Positions 46,401-58,869 of a stretch of DNA of 64,000 nucleotides are shown piece by piece. The notes beneath the pieces were generated by a model. That model had not been told where the DNA came from. It saw nothing but the letters and a program-made list of their open reading frames with translations, and did not search any database. The stretch is taken from positions 5,332,001-5,396,000 of the forward strand of contig NW_024704759.1 of the NCBI RefSeq assembly GCF_018977255.1. Reading direction: 5' to 3'. Positions within the stretch are counted from its first letter, which is position 1. Each line of letters opens with the position of its first letter. This DNA comes from Callorhinchus milii (Eukaryota). Position numbers and translations under genes: made by a program.

Positions 46401-49400
46401 GGTAATTTGTGATGTACAGAATCATACCTGCTGCAGGTATATGTGAAGTGGCCGCTAATAGCATCTGTTTAACCGCAGCACGAGGCACCCATCAAAACTG
46501 TGCATTGGATTAAAGCACCGAACTACAGCTGTGTAATGACAGGCAGCTGGGACAAGACGTTAAAGGTATGAGCTGAACCTGTGTTTGTGGAAATTTAACT
46601 CTTTGTAATCTGTTGTGTGGTACCATCCCACTAAAGGCCTGAGGAAAGTGACATGTATGGTATCAAGATCTCCATTGGTCAAACTGAACCCAGTGAGTGT
46701 TGGCAAGGTTACTCATCACAACCGATTTTATCCTCCCTGTAAAAACATCCAACAGAAGTCACTGAACGTCAATCCTGATTCAGGAGCCTAACGGCAGTGA
46801 TCCTATTACCTCTGGCTGAGATCAGAGGAGCTCTTGATATCATCCGTGTCAATTTCCTGGTTTACGTAGTTAATGTTCAAACGGGCCAGTCACTACCACA
46901 GGAAGCTCTGTGTGATACTGTTCTGGGATAATTCTGAGGGAATGTGGCACTGCGTGAGCCCAGTATTTGTACAGGAATCACCGACTTCCTGAAGTGCACA
47001 TGGTTACAGTTCCAAACGTGCATAATTTCCTCTTACGTGCTAGTCTTATTCATAAAATAATGTACATATATCGAGTCTGCACAGTCTCCTGAATCCAGCA
47101 AACTGTTGCTAGCTCCAAGCTCAGTTAAGAAAGTTTCTGGGAAAGTCAAGAAAATGCTCTTGCTGTAAGCACTAAAGTTTCAGGGTAGTCAATGACTGAG
47201 GCGAGTTTCTTTCCTAGTTTGCTCTCTTGGACCCATGTTGAGGCAACATCCAATGCATTCATCTCAACATTACTCAGCTTTACTGTGCAGTCTGTAACTA
47301 TAAAGAGCTGTAATCCTTCCTTTTCTTTACAGTTCTGGGACACGCGATCTCCAAACCCCATGTTAACGTTGCAGCTGCCCGAGAGATGTTACTGTGCTGA
47401 TGTTGTAGGTATTCGTTCTTGTCCCTGCTTTCACATCTCTCTTAAAAACGTATCTCTTTGACTATACCTTTGATTAACATCCCCAATTATCCCACCATTT
47501 CCCAGTGTTTGGTGATTCTAAATGCTTTTGAGATATTCATCTCATTCATTGAGCTTCCGATGAAGTGGCCAGGAGCTGAGGTAAAGATGGCTAACTTTCA
47601 GGTCATCAGATTGCCACTGACGTCACTTCTTGTGCGCTGGACTTGCTCAGGGCACGTTGAAAGTGGTGTCAGTGGTGACCGGTGGTTGTCTGTTTAATGT
47701 GGGGAAACCAGCTATGTACATGCTCAGTGATTGCCCACACCCTATCTGTGTAGTGTTTAACAAAGAGCATTATAACAAGGCGGCACTGTATAGACGACAA
47801 AGGAAAAACGTGGAAGCGAATCATGTCAGCAAATTCAAGAGGGAATTAGGTAATTTAGTGAAAAGGTTTGATTGAGCAAATATGAGAGCAGCAGCAACAT
47901 AGGGAGTCATTGTGTACATTGCTGTGTTTCTGTGCACCGTTTCCGTGAAATGAGGACAACAAAAATGTTGTTTTAGAAATTGGGAAAAATATTTATGAAA
48001 TTGTGGGATGAGGGAGAGCTTAACTGTTTTCCTCACTATAATAATTCACAGATGTAAATATTTTTAAATACTTCAGGAGTCGCATAATTGGAAATTTATC
48101 TTGAGATTATAGTAAATGAGGTAGGAGCATGTCAGAGTGAGGAACATGTTTAGATCTGGGGACTACCGTGGTTAGGATTTCATTTGGGTTACTCTTGTAC
48201 AGGCCTTTCAGCCCATTGTTTATAATGTCTCTTTTGTGTGTATATTTTCAGTTATTTCCCATGGCTGTGGTAGCCACTGCCGAGAGGGGATTAATAGTAT
48301 ATCAGCTTGAGAACCAGCCCTCAGAATTCAAGAGAATAGACTCTCCTCTCAAACACCAGGTAAAATGACACAATCCTGGCAGCTCATAACTAAGAAAAGT
48401 ACATAGCATTTTCAGAAGGAAAGATCAATTTTGATTACGAGTTTACCTGTACAATAGTCATTCATTGTGTTCACTTTTGTGGATAATGGCTATCATATTA
48501 TTTATATAGAGTATATGAAATCTGGACCTGGCGTATTAGACATTAATGCACCTTGGACAGAATTTTTAACCCATTCTTGTATGTGTTGTATAAGCCATCT
48601 CTACACCATACATCTTAATCTTACAGCAGCGCCTTGGGATATCTTCCCGACATGAAAGGCGCTATACACATGTAATTTTGTATTGTACACTATGTACAAC
48701 TCTCCGAGATGATTAGAAACTATTTTGAACAATAGCCTCAAAGGTTTATCTTGTCTGTCCAGACTAATTTCTCGAGTAACTGTCAAAGGGACCTTTCATC
48801 CCTCTGTCTGTAATGGATTCAAACACTGTCTGACTGTTTGTTGCTATTTTTCAGCATCGCTGTGTCGCCATCTTCAAAGACAAGCAGAACAAGCCCACAG
48901 GGTTTGCCCTTGGTAGCATTGAGGGAAGAGTCGCCATCCATTACATAAACCCCCCCAACCCGTAAGTAGCAACAACATAGGCTTTTTGTCCCTGTTGTTT
49001 ATTTTGTAATTTTCACTAGTTTAATAATGCGAACATTTTACATTTTTAGTGCAAAAGACAATTTCACCTTCAAGTGTCACCGCTCCAATGGAACCACTAA
49101 TACCTCAGGTCCTCAAGATATTTATGCTGTAAGTATTAAGCTACAAAGTTGAGTTTTGGTTGTGATTTGTGTTCGTTTGGGACAGTTACCTGAAAATCCC
49201 ATCTTCAGATGGTTAAAGTGAGCAGCGTGCGAGAGCAGCCGTCTGCTGATCCGACACACCAACCCCAGACAGAAAGCTGTTGTGGGTGCGAGACTACCTG
49301 TGGAAGGCTACAGTGTCAGAATGAATTAGTTGCTGACACTTTTGCCACTGGATCAGAGTTTGAAGGGTTCCTGTCTACAAAAACAGACATTTACAACATA

Positions 49401-51212
49401 TGTTCTGGTTGTCTCAAGAACCTCCCGATTTAGTCCTGCGCTCCTGCCTTTCCCCCTCTTATATTTCTTCTCTTAATTTTTTTAAATTCTCTATTAAAAG
49501 TGAATATGGATTCTACCTCAACCACTGTTTGGTGTAGGACATTCCATGTCTTAACTCTGACCTGTGTTTCCAACGTGTAGTCTTAATTGCTCTGTTGACT
49601 GAGCTAATCTAACAGCACAGCCTGCAACTCAAGCCTCGCACCTTCCCAGCCTGATTCAGTCACTTCTGATAAATCCTGAGCTCTCACAGGATACCCTCAA
49701 ATGGAAATTGAGCCATGATTCCCAATATCATTCCTTGATTTCTAGCGCCGTTTACATTTTGGAGCAGAGGATTTTAGTCTGTTTTTTGGTGTCACTGTCT
49801 GCCTTCGGGCATTACTGACAAGTTTTGTTGCCTGGAATGTCTGTTTGGCACTATGCAAGAAGGTAATGGTTGTAATGTCAGTGGAAGTTTCCTGAGAAAT
49901 GAGAACCGTCAGAGTATTGATCCAGTACCTTGGGACATCCTCACGATGTGTAAGGCGCTGTGCAAACGTAATTTGTTGTTGTTGAAATATTGTATTCTAC
50001 CAGTTAGGTGTGGTTAAAAGAATTAGCTGCACTTTTGGATACTTTCACATTGTCTTGTCACTAGTGACTTCAAATGAAGTCTAAGAAGTGGGGAAAAAAA
50101 GAAATTTCATCCTTGGTTTTGAGAGTGACTATGAGAATTTGTTTCTGTTATGATACAAACACTTGTTGAATTGTACAGTTAAAATCATGGAGTCGTGTAG
50201 CATATTGGTTAGAGCACTCGCCTCACAAGTGAGAGGATCTGGCTTCAATTCCCGGCCATGGCAAAATGTTAGGCAAGTTTTCTTACTCCAAACGCCTCTG
50301 TTTACCTAGCAGTAATAGGAACCCGGTTGTTAGTCGATTGGCGGACATCGTTCCGGGGGTAATAATCCCTTTAAAAAGATGTGGTCACTCAGTCCACGAA
50401 TGTTTGTTGGACACTGCTTTGTGCAATTGGCTGCTGCGTTTTGACCACAAAATATGCAGTTAATCCATTTTACAGTACGTGTTGTGAAGCGCTTTGAGAC
50501 GTGTCAAAGGCATAAGGCGCATTTTGATATATTAAATGCAAGGATTGTTATTATGAAATCTGTATATCTCACGACTTACGACAGTTGAGCTTTCTCATTT
50601 TACTCTCAACTGGAATGAAACATGGTTGCCATCCATTTTCTGCAAAATAGCGTAATCCCTTTAATTATTCTCTCCCGTCAGGTTAACGGGATTGCATTCC
50701 ACCCAATCCATGGCACACTCGCCACAGTGGGATCCGACGGCAGGTTCAGCTTTTGGGATAAAGACGCCCGCACCAAGCTGAAAACCTCTGAGCAGCTGGA
50801 CCAGCAGATCACTGCCTGTGGCTTCAACAACAACGGCAACATCTTCGCCTACTCCTCCAGTTACGACTGGTCAAAGGTAGGGAGGAGTTTGCTCTGGGTG
50901 TGGCTGCCTGGATCAATGGTGACCATCAAGGCCAGACGAAGGGATGTGGGGGCCCTTTGTACTATGCAACAATACCTTTTTGTGGATGACAGTCACGTTG
51001 ATATTTAATCTGACTATGTAGATGTCTCAACGACATGATAAGGCACTATATAAAATGCAAGGGTTATTATGATAAGGTTAAAATTAGTTTCTCAAAAAAT
51101 TCCTGCATCCGTTTGTTTTCAGGGTCATGAATACTTTAATCCTCAGAAAAAGAATTACATATTTCTGCGTAACGCAGCAGAGGAGCTGAAACCCAGGAAC
51201 AAGAAAGGGTAA
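40371..51212 (+). CDS. RAE1: mRNA export factor RAE1 (WD40; 11 coding exons, 368 aa)
   Basis: Exons 40371-40454, 41124-41228, 41327-41419, 42385-42471, 46479-46565, 47333-47404, 48252-48359, 48855-48961, 49050-49128, 50682-50876 and 51123-51212 join in frame (1107 nt). Near-identical to vertebrate RAE1 ([42 protein letters not shown]). Confidence 0.97.
40650..40985 (+). mobile_element. L2 3' fragment
   Basis: [18 protein letters not shown]...LKTLL and tail. Confidence 0.75.
41124..41228 (+). CDS. RAE1: RAE1 exon ([10 protein letters not shown]...GSWAND)
   Basis: 105 nt, AG/GTGAGT. Confidence 0.95.
41327..41419 (+). CDS. RAE1: RAE1 exon (VRCWEIQ...VCWSD)
   Basis: 93 nt. Confidence 0.95.
42385..42471 (+). 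CDS. RAE1: RAE1 exon ([19 protein letters not shown]...IAQ)
   Basis: 87 nt. Confidence 0.95.
42917..45790 (-). mobile_element. Long, internally deleted CR1 LINE (ORF1 esterase, endonuclease and RT 3' remnants)
   Basis: [13 protein letters not shown] and VCCLPGA (ORF1); [27 protein letters not shown] (APE endonuclease); [10 protein letters not shown]; CR1 tail. Confidence 0.85.
46479..46565 (+). CDS. RAE1: RAE1 exon ([10 protein letters not shown]...GSWDKTLK)
   Basis: 87 nt. Confidence 0.95.
47333..47404 (+). CDS. RAE1: RAE1 exon ([10 protein letters not shown]...YCADV)
   Basis: 72 nt. Confidence 0.95.
48252..48359 (+). CDS. RAE1: RAE1 exon ([13 protein letters not shown]...SPLKHQ)
   Basis: 108 nt. 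Confidence 0.95.
48855..48961 (+). CDS. RAE1: RAE1 exon ([10 protein letters not shown]...YINPPN)
   Basis: 107 nt. Confidence 0.95.
49050..49128 (+). CDS. RAE1: RAE1 exon ([14 protein letters not shown]...DIYA)
   Basis: 79 nt. Confidence 0.95.
50189..50553 (+). mobile_element. Full-length older SINE subfamily with a longer central region
   Basis: Same head and tail as the 32870 copy plus an extra internal segment (CTCTGTTTACCTAGCAGTAAT...). Confidence 0.8.
50682..50876 (+). CDS. RAE1: RAE1 exon (VNGIAFHP...YDWSK)
   Basis: 195 nt. Confidence 0.96.
51123..51212 (+). CDS. RAE1: RAE1 last coding exon ([10 protein letters not shown]...KPRNKKG*)
   Basis: Stop at 51210-51212, or the equivalent stop after splicing 51208 to 52068. 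Confidence 0.92.
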   Translation, partial: GHEYFNPQKKNYIFLRNAAEELKPRNKKG

Positions 51213-52562
51213 GTGCTACAGAAGGGCTTCATCTGCACATTCAGTACATAAACTCTAAACGTTTATAATTCAGCTTGTAAATGAACCAGGGAGAAAAGCT
51301 CTCTGATGGTCAGAATTACTTTTGCACAATACAGTTAATATGCTTGAGTGTAAATTTCCTTTATCATCTTTTTTTCTCTTGATAATTTCTAAAGTTGTTT
51401 GACTTCTTTTCCTTCTACTGTGGGATAGTTGCACAGATACTGCCTGTAGTAACTCTCTGTTGTTATTATGTTTGTATGAGTTTCAATATTGCGTATTGCA
51501 AACTACCTTGGCATGCAGAGGACATCATAACTAAACCTGATCCTGTCCTCACCCAACACAAAGTTCATAGCACTCTCGCCTCTTGAATCAGAAAGTTGTA
51601 AGATCAAGCATCATGTCAGGATTTTGAACCCATATAGTCTAAGATGACATTCCAAATGCAGTGCTGGGGGAGCGCTGCATTGTGTAGGACGGGATAAGGT
51701 GCTATATCAAATGCAAGTATTATTATAAACATGGCAGCCAATTTGTGTACAGCATAGTTAAGAGTTGCCGATGTTAATATCCTACATTAGGAAGAGATGT
51801 TAAACCAAAGTCCTGTTTGTGGCTGTCAAAGATTCTATGGCGCTATCCGAAAAGAGAAGGGGATTTCTCACGGTGTCCTGGGCAATAATTGTCGAAATAA
51901 AATTGAACATTCATGTCATGGCTGTTGGTGGGACATTGCTGTACACAAATTGGCTGTTATGTTTGCCCACAACGTACGCACTCACTCCAATTTGCAGTGA
52001 AGTACTATGAAACATTCTCTTGCATGGGTGCAAGTTGTGTTGTCCTTTAATATGACCTTGCTTACAGGTAACTTACTGGAGTCACGTTACAGTGGAGCCA
52101 TCGATTGCTGCATCATATTTGAGATTGTTATGGTCAGGTTCATGTATTAGTCACAAGGGGGCGCATTTTCACTAGAGATGCTGCTTGGATATTTAGCATG
52201 TTTTATTGATACAACTTACAGACCCAATCACACTGAAAAATCATTTAGCAATAATATACTTGAAGAATTATAGAAAGTATGCAGTTCAGTGAAAGACAAA
52301 TGTCTAAGAAGTGTTTTTGTTTCTCTCCTTAGGATTTGAATGGTTGCAACAGCTGAGTTACTGAAGATAAAAGCAACTATTAATGTATAGAGGTGTCTGT
52401 CTGTGTGTCTGTCTGAGTCAATGTGCTGGATTAGATACTGTTTCATATATTTTCCCATAATAAAATTTTCATTTAATTCCAGTTTGTTCCTGAACCAAGC
52501 TAAGATGTGGAGGAAGGAATTCAAATAGCCTTTAGACTCTTATTTCTTGTCTGCCTCTAACA

Positions 52563-52756
52563 TAATAATAATCCTTGCATTTGATATAGCGCTTTTCACG
52601 TCGGGAGGACGTCCCAAAGCGCTTCACAGAACACACTGTAAAGTGAACTGACTGTATATCTGTGGGCGAACGCGGCAGCCAATTGCGCACAGCAATGTCC
52701 CACAAAGTCGTAGATTGAAAATGACCAATTTTATTATTGTTTTTGGTTTTGATTAT
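52563..52756 (-). mobile_element. 5'-truncated young SINE
   Basis: Near-identical to 17866-18060. Confidence 0.85.
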
Positions 52757-53117
52757 TACATGACACATGTAATGACACATGAAACGACAGGTTTTGAACA
52801 TGACACAATTGCGCTAATGTGTATTGCATTGAGTATTACAACAAAAACGTTAACTCTATTCCCAAGGTTGAGGGTCCCAATCTTGCTTGTTCTCTACAGT
52901 TCCATTAATGTTGGCAGCTGTCGGGCTGGTTATATTCATGGCCGCACCAGTTTTTACATTGAAAGTTATCTCCCTGGAAGAGGTGACTTAAGGAACTGGA
53001 ATATTCTATTCCCGACCAATCCCCAGCCCCAGGAATCTAATATTATTAATTATAATACTAATTTGCTTCAGATTTTGAAAATGCAAAATAAAACTGAAAC
53101 TTATGTGTGAAATATAT

Positions 53118-53510
53118 GTCAACCTGACTTAGTTGGTAGCATTCTCGCCTCTTGAGTCAGAAGGTAAAGATCAACGTTGAGACTTGAATCGCAGTCTAAA
53201 CTGACTCTCCAGTGAAGTGCTGGGGTGGGGGGTGGGAGTCTTTTCAGGAAGTACCAGCAAGATGAGAGGTTAAATTGTGGTTCAGGTGTATGGTAAAAAT
53301 TCAGTGGCACTACTCGAAAAGAGAAAGTTTCTCCCAGTGTCCTGGCCAACAATCCAACAACTAAAATTAGTCATTGGTCACTCACTTCATGGCTAGTGGT
53401 GGGACATTGCTGGGCACAAATTGGCTGGTTCACCCACAGTATATTCTGTGAAGCGCTTTGGGACATCTAGAAGACGTGAAAAGCGCTATATCAAATGCAA
53501 GGATTATTAT
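53118..53510 (+). mobile_element. Older tRNA-derived Deu-type SINE
   Basis: GTCAACCTGACTTAGTTGGTAGCATTCTCGCC head and shared tail; similar decayed copies at ~15301, ~36674 and ~51568. Confidence 0.6.
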
Positions 53511-54581
53511 TTTTATTTGTGAAGCACTTTGAGATGTCCTGATGTGAAAGGCGCCATATCAAATCGGAGTATTATTTGAAGGTACTACACATTATGAAAA
53601 CAATATTTTGTTTGATTGAATCATCTTATTTTTTAAAAGTATAATAAGTAATCCTTCATCTGATATAACGCTTTATCATATCGACAGATGTCTCACAGTT
53701 CATCTTGGGATTTTCAGCCCTGTGGTGACTGTTTATTTGTAAGTGAATGCAGCAGCCAATTGATGCACCATGTCCTACAATGTAGCTTACCCCCAGCACT
53801 GACTGGAGTGTCAGCCGAGACTACACAGGAATATAAGAAATGCTAGACGAAAAAAGACCGAGGTCCATCTAGTTCGCCTTCCACCTTCCTGGTGGTCGCA
53901 TGCACATGCGTTCCAAACTACCTTTGTACTATATCCCATAATGTTATTTCCTAAAAGAAAACGATCTATTCCGTGTTTGAAAGAATCAACACTTGCTGCT
54001 TAAACCTTCTCCCGAGGAAGACTATTCGGTCACATAGACTGTTAGTTTAAAGTTCTGATCTGGGGCTTGAATCCACAAACTTCTGACTCTGAGGCGAGAG
54101 CTACCAACCAAGTCAGGCTGACACTTAAAACAAAATTAAATAATATTATGTTAGAAAGACTTCAATATTTAGCCAATGCAGAGTGGCTAATTAGGAACAA
54201 CAAAGTGAAGGAACAGGAGTGACTGAGGACTGGGATGCCATTGGACACAATTGTTGTGTTGACTGAGTCAATTACAGCCCGATAGCAGAGCAAAGGTTTA
54301 GAGAATGCTTGTATTTCACTGATATCGCCATCTGTCTGTCCATAAGTCGGGCTATTTTGCATCAGACAAGCTAGAGAAGAATCCAGTTAACCTGGAAGAA
54401 TGCCAGTTACTAAACTTGAGAAATTCCTAATGCATTTCCATAATCCAGCAAGGACAGTGCATGAACTGAACTGTCAAACACTCTGGGGGTACCCTGTGTG
54501 AGGGGGGTTATATAAATGCAACTTGCTGTTGAATCTAAAGCTTGGTAAATCACATCAGTGACATTGCCTCCAGGCCATCAG

Positions 54582-55690
54582 CAACAACACCAAAATTATA
54601 TTTGTATAGCACCTTTCATGTTGGGAGGATGTCTCAAGGTCTGCTTGACAATCAGTATTTTGGACACAAGCTGGGGGTTGGGATTGGGGAGGGTAGAGGG
54701 AAGGAGGGTGACCGAAGGCACAATCGAAGAGGAGGGTCTTGAGATGGGTCTCCCAAAGGAGGGGCCGAGGCGGAGGAACTGCGGGATGGAGGTCCAAAGT
54801 GAGGGGGTAGAGTGGCTGAAGGCCCGACCACCAATGGTGGGGTGGACAAGGTGGGGGAAATGAAGCAGACCGGAGCCTGCTGAGCGGAGAGCGCGGGCAG
54901 GTTGGTAAGGGGTTAGGAGGTCGCAGAGGTAGGGGAGAGTAAGACCAGGGAGGGCTTTGAAAGTGAGGACCAGGATCTTGAACTGTATCCTCTGTGTGAT
55001 GGGAAGCCAGTGGAGTCGGGCAAGGATGGGGGTGATAGGGTGGCGGAGCCTAGTGCAGGAGAGGACACGGGCTGCAGAATTCTGGATGACCTGCAGCCTA
55101 TGGAGGGAGGGTTGGGGAGGCTGACAAGCAAGGAGTTTGCGTAGTTGAGCATAGATGTTATGAATGCATGTATGAGGGTCTCGGCGGCCTGTGGTGTGAT
55201 ACAGTGGCAGAGCCGAGTGATGTTGTGGTGGTGGAAAGGCAGATTCGGTCAGAGCACGGATGTGGGGTAAGAAGGACAGTTCGCTGAGAGCAGAGGCGGT
55301 GCATGAAGCTAGAGTGGTCGACGGGGTTGAAGGCAGCAGAGAGGACAAGGAGGCACAGAGAGCCCTGGTCGCAGATGTTCAGAATGTCGTTAGTGAGTTT
55401 GACCAGGTATGTTTCCATGCTGTGGGCAGCACTGAACCACGATTGGAAGGGTTCAAAGCAGGGAATGGCAGGAGAGGAAAGAGCGAAGCTGGGACCCGAC
55501 AGCTCATTCCAGGCCTTGGAGAGGAATGGGAGGTTGGAGATGGGGCAATAGCTGCAGAGTAGGGATGGGTCCAGGGAAGGTTTATTGAGGATGGGGGTGA
55601 TGACAGCTGTTTTTAGGGTGGGAGAAACAGTGCCAGTGGGTAAGGAGAGGTTGCTAATGTGGTTAAAAGGGGCCAGCAAGGCTGGACCAA
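54582..55690 (-). mobile_element. L2 LINE ORF2 3' fragment
   Basis: LQVIQNSAARVL..HWLPITQRIQFKIL..TIGGRAFS; KTAVITPILNKPSLDP..PISNLPFLSK. Confidence 0.9.
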
Positions 55691-56634
55691 CTGATAATAA
55701 ATGCTTTAAAACTAAAATAATTATTTGTGGAAAGAATCGTGGTTAAGTGAGAAAATAATCCCAGTAATATTCAAACCTTACATTCATCCAATCCCAGTTT
55801 GGTGCACAGTATATCAGCTCTGAGTCAAAAGACTCAGAAGCTCATTCTATCGTAGCTTAAGGTTTGTGGCACACAACTGAGACAGGATAATGAATTACCT
55901 ACACAAGGCACAAAATAACCCATCACCATCTACACTGTTAGAGTTCGAAGGATGCAAACTTCTCCCAAGACACTGGGAGAAAAATACTTGTATCGTGCGA
56001 TGGGATCTGTAACATCCACCTGAATGGGCACGATAGGGCCTTAATAATAATAATAATCCTTACATTTGATATCGAGCCCTATTACGTCTTCAAGAGATTT
56101 CACAGGATATACTTTGATATGATTTCTTCCGACCTCTATATTCCAATACAAAGTAACTGTTAAGAGGCTTCATGGAGATGGCAGTTCATGCTGCTGCTGC
56201 TGAACTTGGCTTCAAGCTGCAAACCTGCGTTTCCTGTCTTCACTCAACCATCAACTCCTTTCAGATGTTCAGTGTCTGAGCCGAGGTGATTGTATTTGTG
56301 CAGGAAGCCTGTTGGTCTTTGTGCCAGTGTAGTTCATTCTCAATACTTGGGTCACACTGTTCCTGGAATGACAACTGATGTTTACTCTGATGTTTCAGAG
56401 TTGTTCTCTTGCCAGGAGGCACCGGCTTACATTAGCTATTGCTCCCTCATTGTTATTTCAGGATGGATCTGCAATGTTGTCATGTCCCCAAACCAGGAGC
56501 CAGTTTCGCCTCCAAATCCAATTTAACTGAGTAAAATGAGCCATATCAATGATTCATTTACTTAACACACTGTTCAACACACTATAACTCAGATATAATC
56601 ACAACACTCACTCTTCTACACCTTGCTGTATTAC

Positions 56635-58075
56635 TCAGATGTAACCCGCAGAGTTCTGAATGAGCTGGATTTTTTGATAGTGGACCTGGGGAGACCAGCG
56701 AGGAATATGTTTGAGTAATCCAAGTGGGGGGTGACAAACACATGCACGAGGGTTTCGGCTGCATTTGGGGTAAGGTACGGTAGGAGGCAGACAATGTGCC
56801 GGAGGTGGAGGAAGGCGTGGTCGACTGTGTCGAATGTAGCAGAGAGATCCAGGAAGACAAGGAGGCAGAGGGAGCCCTGGTCAAAGAAAGAGAGAATGTC
56901 ATTTGTGACTTTGACAAGCATTGTCACTGTGGACACTCAGGGCAAAAACCAGACTACAGGGGCTCGAGGAGGGAGTGGAGGGAGAGTGACTGAAGTTGAC
57001 CTGCAGCAGTGTTCCAGGACTTTGGCAAGGAAAGATAGGTTGGTAGTGTGAGAGATTAGAGGGATTGAGGGTGGGTTTTTTGAGGAGGGGGGTGATGACA
57101 GCGGTTTTCAGGGGGAGTGGAACAGACCCTGAGGAGAGAGACTGGATGATCATGTCGGCCAGCAGGTGGAAGAGGAGAGGGAGTTGAGTGACCTGCAGCT
57201 GAGCGGGTGGGGGGGGGGGGGGTCGAGGCAGCAGGTGGTGAACTTCACCCGGGTGATTGTGGTTGAGAGGGAGGAGGGAGAAAAGGAGTGTAAGAAGGGG
57301 GTAGTGGCAGGAGCCATGGCAGAGGGAGAAGGCGGTGTGGATGGTCTGGGTGGGGTGGAAGGGAACATGGCGGGGAGGACGATGCAGCCAAGTGGATGTT
57401 TTAAATTTTTGAGGTGAATAAATCTAGCACCTCTGTGCACTTGGCTTTTGACGTGAGGATAGAGGGGACTTGAGGGGGTGCACAGAGGAGGTGATGGACA
57501 GTGGAAAACAGTGTCTTTGGATTGCTGTTTGCCTCCAGGATGACTTGGAGAATAGACAGTTTTGCCCTGTGAAAGGGAGAGGCGGAAAGTGTGGAGGTGC
57601 TCGAGCCACAGCTGGAGGTGAATCGTGAGGCTGGATTTCTGCCATCTCTGCTCGAGGGTCCGGGCTTGTGTTTTGAGTGAGTGGAGATGACTGTTGTACC
57701 AGGCGGAGCGGGTGGGTTTGGAAACAACCCTGGATTTCAGGGGAACCAGGGATTGAAGATTGTGGAGAGATGCTCATTCAGCAGCTTGACGGCTGCATCA
57801 GGATCGCTGCGGGTGAAGGGCCAGAGGGAGAGGAAGTCCGAGGAAGAGAGGGCATTTGTGAGGGACTCGGGGAAGCTTTTTCCAGGGGCGGAAAAAAATG
57901 GTGGAGGGCTTGGAAGAGGGGATGGGGATTTGGGAGGAGAGGGGATGAGGAAGTGGTCCGAGATTACCTTGTCCATGATAGACAGATCAGAAATGTCGAA
58001 GCCATGTGTGATGACGATATCGAGGGAGTGGCCACAGTTGTGAGTCGGCGAGTTGATGTGGAGGGTGAGGCTAAT
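56635..58075 (-). mobile_element. L2 LINE ORF2 internal fragment
   Basis: LDLSATFDTVDH, KTAVITPLLKKPTL and PTHNCGHSLDIVIT..SDH. Confidence 0.85.
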
Positions 58076-58869
58076 TAATTGCACCTCATAATTTTAACAA
58101 TCTCCTTCAGGTCTCGCCCTCAACCTTCTGGGATCCAGTGGAAATAAGACCAGCTCCTGCAGTCTGTGCAAAATCTTGGCTTCCTTGCCAGGTCCCACCC
58201 TTGGTTATTTCCATCCCCACTCATCCTCTCTCTGGTCTGAAGTCATTCAGTTGAACTCATAAACAAAGTTCAGGGAAACCTGTGCTCAGCGAGCCTGTAC
58301 TTACTTACCAGGTTTTGCTGTGATTTATTTATTTTCCAGGGTGTGTTGTCAGGTGCGGTTTGTGCTGAGATAAACCTGATGGTGGCTTTCCCGCTCCATC
58401 TCCCACTCTGTGGCCTCTTATCAGATTGCCTGAGTCGGAGACAAACTGCAAATCAGATAAAGTTTAAAGTTCAAAGTGTGTAAAACGGAAATGTTATGTT
58501 AATTAATTATTAGACATGTGGAAACATTAAACAGGAAAAGGCAGTACTTTACAGATTGCAGCTACATATTTACAGTCACTGTATGTACAATATGTTCTTA
58601 TGTTGAGAGACAAACATTTTTATATTTAAAAAATCTATAAAATATGGGTTAAATCCTGAACAATGTGAATCAATTGTTGTTTGCTTGGTTTACTGGAGTC
58701 GGCATTAAAACCGAATGAGGAATCACACCAGATATCCTGTGTGGTGTAACCCCACTGGCCTTTGTTTGCTGCGAACAAGCTGAGCTCCTGCCTTGTCTAG
58801 CTGATCATAAGTGTGTCAACAGGCACACTATTTGTGTTGTGTTGACTGCTATCCTTCTGCTACCTTGTC

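Noticed and set aside
46690-46830. Ancient LF-SINE-like fragments (also ~12830-12900, ~49575-49660 and ~51490-51560)
   Set aside because: The resemblance is from memory and too degenerate to support without a profile search.
54596-55679. 250-aa and 173-aa ORFs as host genes
   Set aside because: Frameshifted L2 reverse-transcriptase remnants.
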